64,000 nucleotides of DNA from Octopus bimaculoides (GCF_001194135.2 NC_068983.1:49049002-49113001); one strand, 5' to 3'; positions 23,775-37,150 are shown, numbered from the stretch's first letter. Numbers and translations: made by a program. The notes: generated from the sequence alone by a model not told the origin.

Positions 23775-25215
23775 CCAAAATGGGAGCGTTCCAGCTAGAG
23801 AGAAAGAATGAGACCCCTTACGTCATGGTCAGCCCTTAATCCAATGGCATCTCACACAGGCATCCCTCTCTTCCTCATCCCTTCATGCCAACATGCGCAT
23901 GTTTAAGCTAAGCCCATTTAGACATGTCATCCTCGTCACATTACTGCCACCTTTCAAGAAAAATACTGGGTGTGGAGATGTGAAACATCTCTTCCATCTA
24001 ACTCAACCCTTGATTTTCTTTTCAAGTAAAACTTGCAAAGATCGACACGAGCTTCGCCGTAAAGAAGAGCGTCTGACTTCAGTCCCTTTGAACGTTGTCC
24101 ACGACACTATCGCTTTCGTCATAGCCACCAGACTGAGGAAAACTTCCAGCCCTTCTGGTCAAAAGAAAGCAGTGGAGCGATCCTCATGATGCACTCGGCC
24201 GAAAACTGGACCTGCCCTACAGCTGGTAAATAAGTCTCCACAACTTAGCAATGGGCGGACACTGGACGAGTGCATGCCAAACATTTTCATCCCTCTACGT
24301 CCCTCTGAGAGCACCTCTATTCCTTTCGAGCTTATCTTGGATCGACAGATCCTCTGTAGCGCTGCCAGACCTGGGATTTCTGGAAATATACATAGGACCC
24401 GATTCCATGAATAATTTTCCGAAAGTCTTTTGGAAAAGACCGAAGAATTTCCTAAACTCCTCAGATATTTCCTAATATTCCTTGATTCCAAGCTATTCCC
24501 TGGGAACGTCATTGCTTTTGACCACCAGTATTCCTCCATAGAACTGCACGGTGGAACCTCCACCGACCTCATTACTCGACTCGCAGAGGGCTGTGAGCTC
24601 TTGGCGACTTTACGCTCCAAAAACTTGTCTTAGTCTGCACTTGATCCAGGACTGCAGCGACATCAATATGAGAAGCTGGTTGACAATTGGTGACTACACC
24701 TGCTCGCTGTCAAGGAATCGCTGGAGATATTGCAGCCTCAGCGCGTGGCTGCGAATCATTAACTACGACATGCCCTTCCTCCACGCATCAGCTGCTGACA
24801 ACAAATGGCCCGTCTAAATAGCTGAACTCATTCCTTCGATAGAAAGCAAAACAGGACTCCAATTAGATGGGCAACAAAGAAGAGCAAGGGAAGAGGGTCA
24901 AGAGTCAATTTCGCCGCTAGTACGTCGGCCGTTATGACTTTCCTAAGTGCCTCTTTTAGCTGGTCACCGCCGGTTGTTGACAGTTGCTCCTGACGATTTC
25001 TGATGGATTAACTGGCCAACCCGGTCACTGAAAGCTTAACGCATCGTGAACGACGATTAGATCTTCCTGTAGCCGTGTCTATTTGTGGTCAGCGTAGTCG
25101 ACGATTTTGAATTGTGGACAAAGTATGTCTCTTCTTTATTCTGGCCAACAGAATACTCTCTCTGGATATGATGTGAACGATCCTAGGCTGTTTTCCATGT
25201 CCACATTGGCGCGTT
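23775..25215 (-). mobile_element. L1/Tx1-clade LINE ORF2, degraded 3' portion (post-RT and C-terminal zinc-binding region)
   Basis: Frameshifted translations LFCFL..RRAICCQQLMRGG/GM..LMIRSHALRLQYLQRFLDSEQV, ENVWHALVQCPPIAKLW and LVAMTKAIVSWT..KGL; GC is raised relative to the flanks. Confidence 0.75.
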
Positions 25216-25439
25216 GGAAAAATATAGTTGGTATTTGTCAGCCAATAGGAAATATAAGAGCAGGCTTGTAACGCATTTATATCTCTATCGCTTATTGGCT
25301 AGCCACACACAGTCTAGGCTTGCGTCCAAGATAGCATTCCAAATCCCCGCGAGTACTAAACAGCGAAACATACCAAGGAAATTGTCCAAACGTTTAAAAA
25401 TTCCGGCTGCCACACTCCAGTCTACCACATTCACCACAT

Positions 25440-25570
25440 TCACTGACAAGACTTTGGTCGGCCCGAGATTATAGTAGGAGACACTTCCCGAAGGTGCCAC
25501 GCAGTTGGAATGAACCCGGAACCATGTAGCTGGTAAGCAAACTACTTACCACACAGCCACTCATGCGCCT
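25440..25570 (-). mobile_element. SINE family B, 5' head fragment
   Basis: Reverse complement of AGGCGCATGAGTGGCTGTGTGGTAAG...CCGGGTTCATTCC...CTCGGGCCGACCAAAG. Confidence 0.85.
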
Positions 25571-26574
25571 ATCGGAGATAATTACAGAATGCTTCCGTGC
25601 TTTTCCGACATGAATATAACATTTATGTCCCTACAATCCTTCTCTCCGACCCATAGCAATTTTATATACATCTTCCTTAACAAACCACCTCTATTGTGCT
25701 ACCAGTTGACTGTGATTTACTGATAACTGTTTCTAGTTTCACCTTTTTTTAAAATTTCACCTCTTACTTGTATTTCACTGTTAATTGTATTGCTAGTTAA
25801 CTGTATTAGCAGGTGAATAACTCATTAACTTGGCTGGTCACTTTATTCCATCCTCGATATTTTAACCCCCAAAACACACCGTTATATCATGCTCTGGATC
25901 TGCAGTGACCACATCCTCTCACACGGCGGCCAGAGTCCCCCCTTTTCTATTTTTAGGACACACTGGACACCTCATTCTAATTTTTAGTAGAAGTGCGTCA
26001 ATTTTTGCCTCCTAATTTCTTAGATGTTAAATTCCTCAGGCATGGTTATGCATTCTTTTCTGACGCATGGTTGCCACTCTCTTCTTTAATCAAATTAATT
26101 TAATGTAGAAATCAGCATTCGATTAGGAATGCTAAGAATTTTTTTTTTTAACTCTCACTGATGTAATTTACGATGTATTTATTTAGCAAATTTGCGAGTT
26201 TTTGTTGATGTTTTCTTCATGGTGGCTTTGTTGCTGCCAAAGGTCTCGATAGAATTGTTCACACCAGCGCCACTGTCCATTGAAGTATCATAATCTGCTA
26301 CTTTATGTCCGTATAATTTTTTATTTTTTGTTATACGTCCCAGTAATAATCACTTTCCAAATTTTCATCCGGTAGGCGTTTTCCGAAGAAAAATTACGTT
26401 CAAAAGTTTAATTTGTTCTAGACCAAGGGAAAATATCTAAAATACTATATTACCAAGGTCTACAAGAGACAGCAAAACAAAGAAAGTAAATACCTATTGC
26501 TCAAGAGAATGATCAGATTGTAAATTAAGACGAAACCAATCTCTAACTCGCTTTGTTGGGGCTCAATTTATCTC

Positions 26575-26585
26575 TACTACTACTG

Positions 26586-26631
<46 letters not shown>

Positions 26632-26796
26632 GACTACTACTACTACTAAAACTGGTGTTGCTACTCGCAACTACTATTTCTACAAATAAATATCAAGATG
26701 ATGATGCTCAAGATGATGATGATGATGATGAAGTTGATGATGATGAAGTTGATGATAACGAAGATGATGATGACGAAGATGATGATGACGACAATA

Positions 26797-26843
<47 letters not shown>

Positions 26844-26850
26844 ATTAATA
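26575..26850. repeat. (ACT)n and (GAT)n compound microsatellite
   Basis: Direct inspection. Confidence 0.97.
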
Positions 26851-26879
26851 ATAATCCTTTCCATTATAGGTACAATGTC

Positions 26880-27060
26880 TGAAATTTTGTGGAGGGGCTA
26901 ATCGTCGATCGCAGTGATTAAATGATACTCATTTCATTTACCCCGAAAGGTTAAAAAGTAAATTCGACCTCGTCAAAATTTAATATGTTAAATGTAAAGG
27001 CGGACGAAATTCCGCTAAGCATTTTATGCGATGTGCTTAATGATTCTGTTTACTCTGCCG
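26880..27060 (-). mobile_element. SINE family A, degraded
   Basis: ACCCCGAAAGG...ATTCGACCTCG...GGCGGACGAAATTCCGCTAAGCATT is the reverse complement of the family A head and core. Confidence 0.7.
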
Positions 27061-27064
27061 GGAT

Positions 27065-27400
27065 AAACAGGCAATGGAACACATTCTGAGTTCTTGCAGA
27101 GTAACACCAGCCCATGAAAGATTTACGCGGAGGCGCAATCAAATGCTTCAGGAGATTGCACATGTAATAAATATTGCACGAGTAAAATCCAGAATCTCCA
27201 ACAACGTTCTACATGGCAGGATGCAGTAAGTCAGGACCAGGAAGAGATATGTCAAATGGTGTGCCGGAATGGCGTCTTCTGCTTGGCGCGGAAAACCGAG
27301 CGTGCTCAGCAGACCGCTCAGCTGCTAATGAACCTAGTATCGTATAAATGAGGGATCTAATGAAGATAAAGCATGGTGTTCTTTGTAGGGATTACAGAAA
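27065..27400 (+). mobile_element. RLE-encoding non-LTR retrotransposon relic (Hero/NeSL-like), C-terminal CCHC region
   Basis: From 27074: MEHILSSCRVTPAHERFTRRRNQMLQEIA (cf. LEHILSSC..GRYTWRHNQVL), then EWRLLLG (cf. DWQLLVDL). Confidence 0.6.
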
Positions 27401-27619
27401 ATGATTTGATATTTTACTAGTCTTTTATATACGGGTCACACAACATAAGGAAAGCTTTTTCGATACTATTAAAATACATCAACTGTGACCTGTCAGAGTG
27501 GAAAACAAAGTCTTGATGAGCACGTATCAAATTGTCCGTTGCGATTAAAAGTACTGGCGGCGAGGAGATCTTGGCGACGACCCAACAGAGTGGACGTAAG
27601 TATAGATGGTCTTAAATGA

Positions 27620-29290
27620 ACCAAATTTTTCTATATGAATGACCTCAAGTTGTGCACTGCATAATTCAACCATCAAAGCATTAAAGAAAAGACAGATTGA
27701 GAAGAGTAATGGGTATGAGATTTGAATTTATCGCCAATGCTGTGTTGAGAAAATATAAAGGAAAACACTGATTATCATGATAGAATGACAATAACAGAAA
27801 CAATGAGAGAAATAGAGAAAATGACAAACCTAGAGATATTGAGGAACCATGTACGTGATAGATGTCGACAGGAATGAAAGACAGAGTAATATGGAGGCCA
27901 TATATAATTGCAAAACTATAAAGGAATAAACTTTAGCAAAGATAAGTTGTAGTTTTTGGACTGGTTGCTGAGCCTATGAGCAGGATGTGATATAAAAAGA
28001 GATAATTAGAAAATTAAAGGTTTCATTCGACGTATAGTACGTAAACACTATGTTTCTCACAAATACTAGAATGTAATAGATTTATTCAACTGGAAACTTT
28101 TATAAAATAACCATTAAAAGACTACAATTTATCTGTCAAAAACCTTATACAAAAAATTACATGATGAGAATACAATAAATTGAATGTTTTTATTTTTGTT
28201 TTGTACTTTATTCAAGGCTAGCAGAAAATGCAAATCAACCACTGAAACGACAACGCCAAATGAAACTAAACAACTGATACAATGATAACGTATAAACAAC
28301 TGATTAACTGAAAAGAAACCTTAGAAGGTGGTGCACTGAGTACACTAACCTACATGGAAAATAGACTATAAATTAGCAGTGTAAGAGAACCAAAAATCAT
28401 AACAGCAGAAATGAAATAGAATATGTGCAATCAGAACTTCAGAATTCTTGGCTCCAAAAACCATAACAGCAGAAATGAAATGCAAGATGTACAATCAGAA
28501 CTTAAGAATTCTTGGCTGCAGTACGCCAACAATGCATTCCATACGAGGAACTGCGAAGTTCACATAATGATTGTAAAAAAAAATGGCTTATCTGCCGCAT
28601 GTGTGGCGTAGGAGAAGAGACAAGAAACCACGTCTTTTGCTTTACTTTTTCTCGCTATTCAGGTTTAGCGAACGAATAACCCATACGCCTTAGTTACGAA
28701 TTATTCTGAAATTATAGTCACTGTTAAAGCATAATCAAAGACGACAGAAAAACGGTGATAATAGTCAGACGCTGGAAAAATTTTCGGAGAATCATTAAGG
28801 AGGCATATTCTGAGAGGCATATTCTGCTAATCCACGCAGATTAAGATATTAAGTTAAATCGGATGGATAATGTAGACAAGGTGTACTAAGAAAGGACTCA
28901 GCTCCTAAACGGAGATCCATTTCCCAACAGGCGATGATGTATTCCTGAAAGAGATTAACGTTTGTGTCCATATATAGAGACCTCAAAATAGAGAAAACCA
29001 CAATGCGAGAAATGAAAAGGAAAATCAAATACAATGATAATGTATAAATTGAAAGAATTAAAAGAACATGCAGGAAATTACATAACCAAAGCCACTGATC
29101 TTCACAAATATGAACATCAAACAAAAAGTAGGAATACTAGATGCTGCAAACATATTAGGAAGAATGCTGACACTGAATCAGACATTATAAAATCAAAACA
29201 AAACACTGTACATAACAAAGGTGCAGAGAGCAGCGGTCGGTTGATCAGTGAAAGCACGCAATAAAGCTGATGCTACTAAAAAATCATAAT
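27620..29290 (+). mobile_element. R4/Dong-clade LINE, old degraded RT-to-RLE segment
   Basis: FYMNDLKL at 27632 (YMDD motif), GMRFE, NALHTRN, CRMCGVGEETRNHVF at 28593, QKVGILDAANILGRML at 29122; contains a 64-bp tandem duplication at about 28389-28516. Confidence 0.75.
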
Positions 29291-29449
29291 ACCAATAACA
29301 TACTGATCAAAACTAAATCAAACGAAACACAAAAGGAAAACAATACAATGAATGTCTGATTGATTTCATTACTTCACTGACAAAGGGAATAAATGAGACA
29401 ATGTTGCCAACTTGGTGCAGAATATTGACTGAAGAATTGTGATTGTACA

Positions 29450-29575
29450 CAGCTCACACACACGCAAACACAGACACACACACATGCACACAAGCACTCA
29501 CACACGTATATATGTATGTATATGTATATATACACATGTATATACAGATATACAATATATATATATGGGTGGGCG

Positions 29576-29607
<32 letters not shown>

Positions 29608-29722
29608 CAAATATGTACAACAGCATGCATACACGTATATATATATGTATGCATATATATATATACAAGTATATATATATACACACGTATATGTATATAT
29701 GTGTGTGTGTGGTTGTGTATGT

Positions 29723-29821
<99 letters not shown>

Positions 29822-29860
29822 TGTGTATGTGTGTGTGTGTATGTATGTATACCTACATGT
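29450..29860. repeat. Degenerate (CA)/(TA)/(TG) dinucleotide array
   Basis: Direct inspection. Confidence 0.95.
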
Positions 29861-30332
29861 GTAAACATGAGTGGGTTGGCGTGTTTTTGTGTGTATGTGT
29901 GTTATTATTATAGCAATCGGTAATTTTAGATTGGAAATTAGGTTTACTCATGATTCCTTCAATGATGAAAAGGCACTTGAATTTTTAACGCGGTCGTTAT
30001 GGAGACAATATATTGCTCAGAAATTGGAAATCAAAAGCTACATTATAAAAGACAAATTATATATTGTATTTACCTGTAGATATATCTTGATTAGATCAGT
30101 TTTATGGTTAGAAAATATTGAGCCGCTTCAGTTGTACAAATCACCTCATTATACTGATAAAGATATAATAATAACAACACGCACCAGCACGCAGTCACAG
30201 ACACACAGAGAAATACACACTCACATAAACACACGCCCACGCTATATATGTGTCTGTGTGTGTGTGCGTATGTGTATATAAAATTATAAAAATGTAACAT
30301 CTATTTATGAATACTATAATTAATATGATTAG

Positions 30333-30400
<68 letters not shown>

Positions 30401-30414
30401 TGATCATAATAATA

Positions 30415-30913
30415 AGTGGGTTGGCGTCAAATTACAACTAAAGGAACCTTGTGATTGTCATGAACATAAATGGTGTTGCTGTAGTTCGTTATACTGGATC
30501 CATCCTGCAATGGATACGAGCGGAGATTAACCAAATCGATCGCACTTCTCGAAAGAGAATGACAATGCCTAGTGCCTTCCAGCCTAACGCGAATGTACAG
30601 AAGCTCTACATGAAAAGGTGTAAGGGTGGACTTGGACTGAATAGCGTACGGAGTACATCAACAGTCAGAGAAAGAACGTGGCAGCATATTTGGTTCAATA
30701 CGACCGATCTGAAGAAACATCTGGAAACTTTCGAAGTACCGTACAATCCAGGTACATTGCAAAAATCGGCATTACTTGGAACTGCACCCGTATTACGGAA
30801 AGTACAGTATGTCTGAGATTGTCACTTGACAGTACAAACCCCTGGTGGACACAATATCTTCAACCAACAACACCATGATAATAGATAATGTGTGACGTCT
30901 TTAATAATAATAA
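30415..30913 (+). mobile_element. Internally deleted R4/Dong LINE fragment between (TAA)n arrays
   Basis: ORF 30451-30816: AVVRYTGSILQW..EINQIDRTSRKRMT....PNANVQKLYMKRCKGGLGL (post-RT region) joined in frame to LQKSALLGTAPVLRKV (extreme C-terminus); (TAA)n at 30335-30398 and 30902-30913. Confidence 0.85.
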
Positions 30914-31302
30914 TTGTTGTTGTTGGCACTCCGTCGCTTACGACGCTGAGGCTTCCAGTTGATCCGATCAACGGAACAGCCTGCTCGTGAAATTAACGTG
31001 CAAGTGGCTGAGCACTCCACAGACACGTGTACCCTTAACGTAGTTCTCGAGGATATTCAACGTGATACAGTGTGACAAGGCTGACCCTTTGAATTACAGG
31101 CACAACAGAAACAGGAAGTAAGAGTGAGAGAAAGTTGTGGTGAAAGAGTACAGCAGGGTTCGCCACGATCCCCTGCCGGAGCCTTGTGGAGCTTTAGGTG
31201 TTTTCGCTCAATAAACACTCACAACGCCCGGTCTGGGAATCGAAACCGCGATCCTATGACCGCGAGGCCGCTGCCCTAACCACTGGGCCATTGCGCCTCT
31301 AC
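30914..31302 (-). mobile_element. SINE family C, full length
   Basis: tRNA-like head (reverse complement of GTAGAGGCGCAATGGCCCAGTGGTTAGGGCAGCGG..GGTTTCGATTCCCAG) and (CAA)n tail. Confidence 0.92.
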
Positions 31303-31372
<70 letters not shown>

Positions 31373-31374
<2 letters not shown>

Positions 31375-31710
31375 CGCCCGGATGCAGTACCAGGCATTGG
31401 TTCTCATGGCTTCTGATCTTAACTGTTTGGAAGTGTTATCATGTACATTGTTTTGTCGTGGTATAAAAGATGGGCTACAGCAAATATTCTACTTAATACC
31501 ACACATTTGCTTGTCAGTTGTTTGACCTTAACCAGTTGAGCATATCCCTTGATGGCTGACGATATGTGCATCTCTGATTACGGGTAGAAGTAGTCGGGGA
31601 GCATCATAGCCATGTGTTAAGAGGAATTCTTTGGGGTTTGAATAATTCACCTTTGGAAACATGGGTGTTTTGCTCAACATCCTTAAACAAACCTTATTCA
31701 GCGACCTTTT
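31373..31710. repeat. Interspersed repeat (family D) abutting (TAA)n at 31303-31372
   Basis: GC-richer block starting exactly at the end of the TAA array. I recall it as an Octopus repeat, but there is only one copy here and the class is unknown. Confidence 0.4.
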
Positions 31711-32379
31711 GACTTTTTGTCGTTGAAAATGTCATCGACGTCTTTATTTGTGTTCTTGTTTTCCTGCAGCCACAATTTAAACCTGATAGGGCGAACCAAG
31801 GTTTAAATATTCTCCGAGCTTGACTATCCCGTTTTGTTTGTTCATATGTATCTGAAATACTTCATGTAACGTGCTCTTTCGTTTAAAACTTTACTTGGTG
31901 AGTTAAAGGCAATTTTACAGCTACGTCTTGTAGTTAGGGCATCAAACTAAGGATCAATATTTCGCTCTTCAGAGTTAGTATGTATGATCATAATAACTAT
32001 TGACATGCGTTGTGTGAAAGTATACGTCAGTTAACTTCACGATATTGTTAACAATGCTATTGAAATACACAAACTTTGAAAGGGTAATATAAATCTAATT
32101 TTAAAAGGACTGTGTTGCTGGACAGAATTAACATCTCCAGATATTGACATACATATTTTTCGTTTCTAATGTTGTATACATTATGTTTGTTGAGTATATT
32201 CCTTAAAAAAAAACAAAAAAAAAAGAATTGCGAACCCCTATTTCTTAAATACAATATTATAGTGACTGAATCCATATTAAAAAAAAAATATTTATAACAT
32301 GGATTGTTGAGCAATCGATTATTTTTAATCTTCGCAACAGTGAGCAATATGGCGTGTGTGTTCAAAGCTTTGTTCAAAA

Positions 32380-32900
32380 GGTATTTCGTATCACGTTAAC
32401 ACCATGCATACCTAAATACTTCTTAACGCTAATACACAAATATCCTTCTATGCAAGAAGATAAATAATAAAAATATTCAGAGTACAATGCATAAATCATT
32501 TCTGTGTACCACAAGTTTTAGCAAAGTGATAAATAAAAGTAGCATAAGCCACTGTATAAACTGCTGTAGTTGAGACAACCATAAATGTGAAATTAAAGTT
32601 TTACGACCTCATGACTGACAATACCGGAACCATAAACCACCAACCGATATACAAAAACTAGTTCTATAACATTACATCATACTTACGCACGTGTGAAGGT
32701 AGCTTCAAGAGCCACTACGCAAACTATAAATCTGAAGAAGTAACGTCATGGAACCAACATAAGAACGCATTGAGAATTCCAACATCAGATGGGTAATGAA
32801 AAAAAAAAACTGACTACGTTTGAATGTCACATGGTAATGCAATCTCTGCACTGCTAAATCCCTGACTAAATCTATAAACCTTGTACGCAGTGATTTCATA
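32380..32900 (+). mobile_element. Penelope-like element relic (GIY-YIG C-terminal half)
   Basis: PIYK...YLRTCEGSFKSHYANYKS...IRW...CNLCTAKSL (cf. IYKA..YIGxCEGxFKxRYxNHK ... CNLCxxEK). Confidence 0.6.
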
Positions 32901-34860
32901 AAAATATATAAAACTAATGTGAACACAAGACCAACCAAAAAACCTAGGGACGCCGTAGAAATATCGCCAGGTTTGGAGATTGGTTTATTTCCATACTTGA
33001 AGTTGTTCGAAAACAATTACTGTAAGTGTCTGAACGTAATTATACTCACATACATATATCCATCTATCTATACATTCATCCATATATACGTACGAATGCA
33101 AGTACAAACATAAGCGGAACAGTAAAAATATGCAAGACTTTACTCGTGTTAAAAGTGTGGCGTTGATTTTTATTATCAAAATTCCAAACGTGGAGCTTTA
33201 TATTTCTGTTAGAATTACTTGATGTCTCCTTCATTGAGAAGACTTCTTCAAATAATAATAATCAGAACATCCATACTCTCACACCCCCACTCCACACACC
33301 CATGTATTCGCGTGTATTTAATGCTAAGGATCATACCGTTAAATATACGATAAATTACTCAATACTTGAAGAATTAAATTAAGATAATTTTTACTGCTGG
33401 TTGTTTAATAGCTAATTGTGTATCTTAATCCACATTTTTCAATGTAATTTCAATGCATATTTATTTGTTGCTGGGGAGCTAGGCACTGAAGAAATGGTTC
33501 AGTGTTAAGTGACAAAAGAAATAAATATAAACATCTGTCTTATATGATATAGATCTTTCCACCCGTGAACAATCGTGACACTGATAAACTCGCCAACATA
33601 CTGAAACAGCCTACAGCGTCATGCACAAACTAGCAGCTATACCAGCCTATGGCCCATACATGTGTATTCATATATAATAGGTTTAAGATTCTTTACACTA
33701 TATTCATTTATAGCAGAACTTCGTAACATTCCAAATGTTACATTCCCATAAACTACAAGGTTACCACCTGAGTAAAGCAATTTGCTGTAATTTACCGAAT
33801 AGAACTCCCCAGACCAAGTAAATATTACATAGCTTTCAATTTTACAGCCAGTCAAACACGTAGACGCCTTACTCCAATAAAATTTCAACAAAGTAGTAAT
33901 TTTAAATTGAATATACGTACAGAAAGTAAAGTGCACAACAAATTTAAAGCAACGTTAAATCAGGTGTACCTCAATGTCATTCAAGAATATCGGAGATAAA
34001 GATTCAAATATAGCTTAAATCAATTTGATATTGTCGAGTCCTGCCCATCAATTTTCTATAGATATTCTTGTGGAATATTTATAAAATTTACAGTAGATAT
34101 GAACTTTCTCGGATGTCTATCTATCGTCATACATAGATATATTGTTGATAGTTAATAAAACTTTGCAATAATAGAAATAACTTAGATAGAAGTGGCTTTA
34201 GTGATAAGCATAAATACATTGAGGAACCTACATTGAACTATGCTAAATTGAGAAAGAAGAGCATAAACTTTTACAAATCTAAACTAAATAATACCATACA
34301 TATATCAACTATCTACTTTCCACTGATTAATTCGTACTTTCTCTTATCACATTGATTCCACGCAGCTTCAATAAAAGTTTAGCTATATGAGCAATATAAT
34401 AACGTGAATTTCTAACGACATGCTGATAAAACAACTTGTACACTAACAGTTTCCATCAGGGTTGAAGTTTTCTTTGGAAGAAAGTAATATAGAAAGTCTA
34501 CGTAAACTTTTGTTAATTGTACAATGTCGAGATGCAATGGGTTGAAGCGAGAACGGTTTTAAAACTGGAGAGAAAATATAACACAGACATTTTTTTAGGA
34601 GTAGATTAATTCAAAATACATAAGAATTTCTGAAAACATAAGATAAAATAAAGCATACGCAGTAAAAGGAGAAAATAAAAAGATAGCTGCCTATGTCACA
34701 CCTGATCAATAACGAAAATGAACATCACAAGCCGTGATGATGTGAAGAAACTGAGAGAAGAGCTCTTTTCTAGGAGCGAAATATTATTTCCGATTTGTTT
34801 TCGTGCATTTTATAAAACCTCGTAAGTTTCAGGTATATTTCCCTTCAAACAGATTAAATA

Positions 34861-35078
34861 TTCTTTTCTACTCTAGGCACAAAGCTCGAAATTTTTGGGG
34901 AGGGGGTCCAGTCAATTAGACCGACCCAGGGTACGCAACTGGTACTTAATTTATCGACCCCGAAAGGACGAAAGGCAAAGTCAACCTCAGTGGGATTTGA
35001 ACCCAGAACGTAAGGGCAGACGAAAGTCCGTTAAGCATTTAACCCGGTGTGCTAACATTTCTGCCAGCTCGTCGCCTT
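34861..35078 (-). mobile_element. SINE family A, full length, 14-bp TSD
   Basis: AAACAGATTAAATA (34847-34860) / AAACAGACTAAATA (35079-35092), one mismatch. Confidence 0.9.
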
Positions 35079-35329
35079 AAACAGACTAAATATTACATGA
35101 GCTCTACTGTACTGTAAATTTCCTTCATCACAAGGTAAGCCTAAATAGTGTACTCTAAACAGTGGCTTAGATGGATTAATCTACAAAGTTTAATCTGCAA
35201 AGCTTCCTTTGTTATGTCTCAAGCTACTGTTATCTAGCACCTTAGGATGATCTCTACGCAACCGCTACACAACTGCTACTCGACTGCTACTCAACACTCC
35301 TACCACGACCAGACTACCTCTACTTATAT

Positions 35330-35800
35330 GTCTTGGGAGATTCGAAAAATTCACCGAGCTACGTTTCCGTCGTCGTTGATCGAAACGCCATGGAAACTGT
35401 TGGAGTGCGATAAAAAAAAATGCAATAATCTGAAGAGAATATATTAGAAGAATACAGTAGACGTGTTAGAACGTCCAAATCAACTTCTTGAATAGCATTT
35501 CGGTCAAATAAGTGATGTCGGGCGAGTGTTGTCGCGAGGGAGAAATGCACTCAGTCGCCGGTCGAGTCGTTTCACCGAGTGATGATGACTGTGGATAATA
35601 TCGGGACAGCAACACATCTGCTGAGCTAAGGCCCTTGTGGATTGGTGCCAGTCTTTCTTCAACCGATCCGCATTGAACTTAACAAATTGGCTGAAATACG
35701 AACAGAGCATGAGATCGAAGTTCTTCTCTTCCAAGGATGAACACCGCTGGGTGTTCGTGCTAAATTTGACAATATATTATGTCTTCTTTTTCAACAACAG
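35330..35800 (-). mobile_element. Mariner transposase pseudogene with a large internal deletion
   Basis: KNFDL...FVKFNADRL...HQSTRALAQQM (second HTH region) runs directly into PRDNTRPT (HDNARPH) and LTRLLYSSNIFSSDYCIF (LPHPPYSPDLAPSDYHLF). Confidence 0.75.
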
Positions 35801-35829
35801 CTTGATGCATTGGTGAACAGTCAACGGTG

Positions 35830-36450
35830 TTGAAGAGCAGAAATATTAGAGTTGTAGGTCAAACAACGTTACCTGACATGGATGAATGGAAGCCATCGGA
35901 ATATTGGAAAAGAGTATTTGGTTGCGGGTGCTCAATACTCAGTGAGCATTGTAAATGATCTTAGACGTCACATGGACAGTGGAGACAGAGACAACGAAGC
36001 CGAGGGCAACATTAAGGGACATAAGAGGCGTTGTGACTTCGTCTGCATGCTTAAATACATCCCTACACTTTTGAACATGGCCTTAGGCTCAATTCAGATG
36101 TCAATTGGAAAATTTAGATGGTAATGGAAACGATTGCTGCAAAAGGACATACATGAAGTAGTAGGATTTCACTCCGTGTTATACCCCCGGAAAAGCCGTA
36201 AGTGGTGGCGGAAGGATTTCTACAAAATTAACAACCCCTCCTAATTTCTCTCTTGTAATCCTATGGATCACTATGTGTGTGGTGCGTTTGCGAAATACAC
36301 CTGCCGTTCTGCATGTACCGTGAAGGCCAAGCCAGTTGCTAAGATCAAGATGTTCAAATGTCTTCTCTAGTCCATAATGAAGAATGCATGCGCCATATTC
36401 CAAACCATCTTAAGACTATGGTGGAAGGTGAGACCATGGTTGACCGTAGT
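35830..36450 (+). mobile_element. Tc1/mariner maT (DD37D/Bmmar1-like) transposase relic, internally deleted
   Basis: PTLLNMA/..GLRLNSD, QDFTPCYTPGK (QQDSAPCHTS), NPMDHYVCGAF (PPNSPDCNPMDYYVWG), KNAC..F..HL.T.VEGE. Confidence 0.7.
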
Positions 36451-36639
36451 GCTTTGCGTATGCTATTATTTCCCAGCCATAATCTCTTTCATACTTTTTC
36501 ATGTTCCAAAATGATTATATTTTTGGACGGGATTTTGTCTTCTTCTCCCTTTATCCAGACAATCACATTTAGCGCGAACACTCTGAATTTCTATGCAGTT
36601 TCCTTTCAGTAACTTCTCTCTAACCAGCGCACATGTTTC

Positions 36640-37150
36640 TATTGGCTTTAGAAGCTTTGGAACTTTGATCGAAAGCGAAGAGAAGCAGGTGTAGAAAATG
36701 CTCTTTTTTCCTATTTAGCACTCCATCATCATGAGTTTGAAAAGAAGAAATATTTATTCAATTCTGGAACGCCATAAAGAACGGCCGTAAAGGAAGAATG
36801 GCGCTACAAAATACCATAAAACGTTACGATAAAAATATTTTTTGTGTGGTTCTGCAAGCTGTAAGCAGGAATGAAGCTTTATTTTTCAACCTTATTACGA
36901 CGTGAGCATTTCATACATAAAAAGAAAACACGTTATGAATAACAGAATTTGTTAAGGGATTTGTTTGAAATTTATGGTTAATTAAACCCATTTTTCATGT
37001 TTCTATTTAGTACACTACATTTCGATTTTGATCATCTGCATATATACTTATTCCCAGAATGATTATGAACGTAGAATCTTCCTTGCTAATGCAAAATTTT
37101 AACAGACGTAACTACACCGACGACACAAGTTATGTATTAGAAAAAAAAAA
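36640..37150 (+). mobile_element. Possible pogo/Tigger transposase N-terminal relic
   Basis: FVWFCKL*AGMK and LLRRE resemble the CENP-B-type HTH (LFxWFxxxR..KPISG..LREKA); very degraded. Confidence 0.3.

Noticed and set aside
24159-24620. 153-aa ORF as a host gene
   Set aside because: It is an off-frame reading of the decayed Tx1 ORF2.
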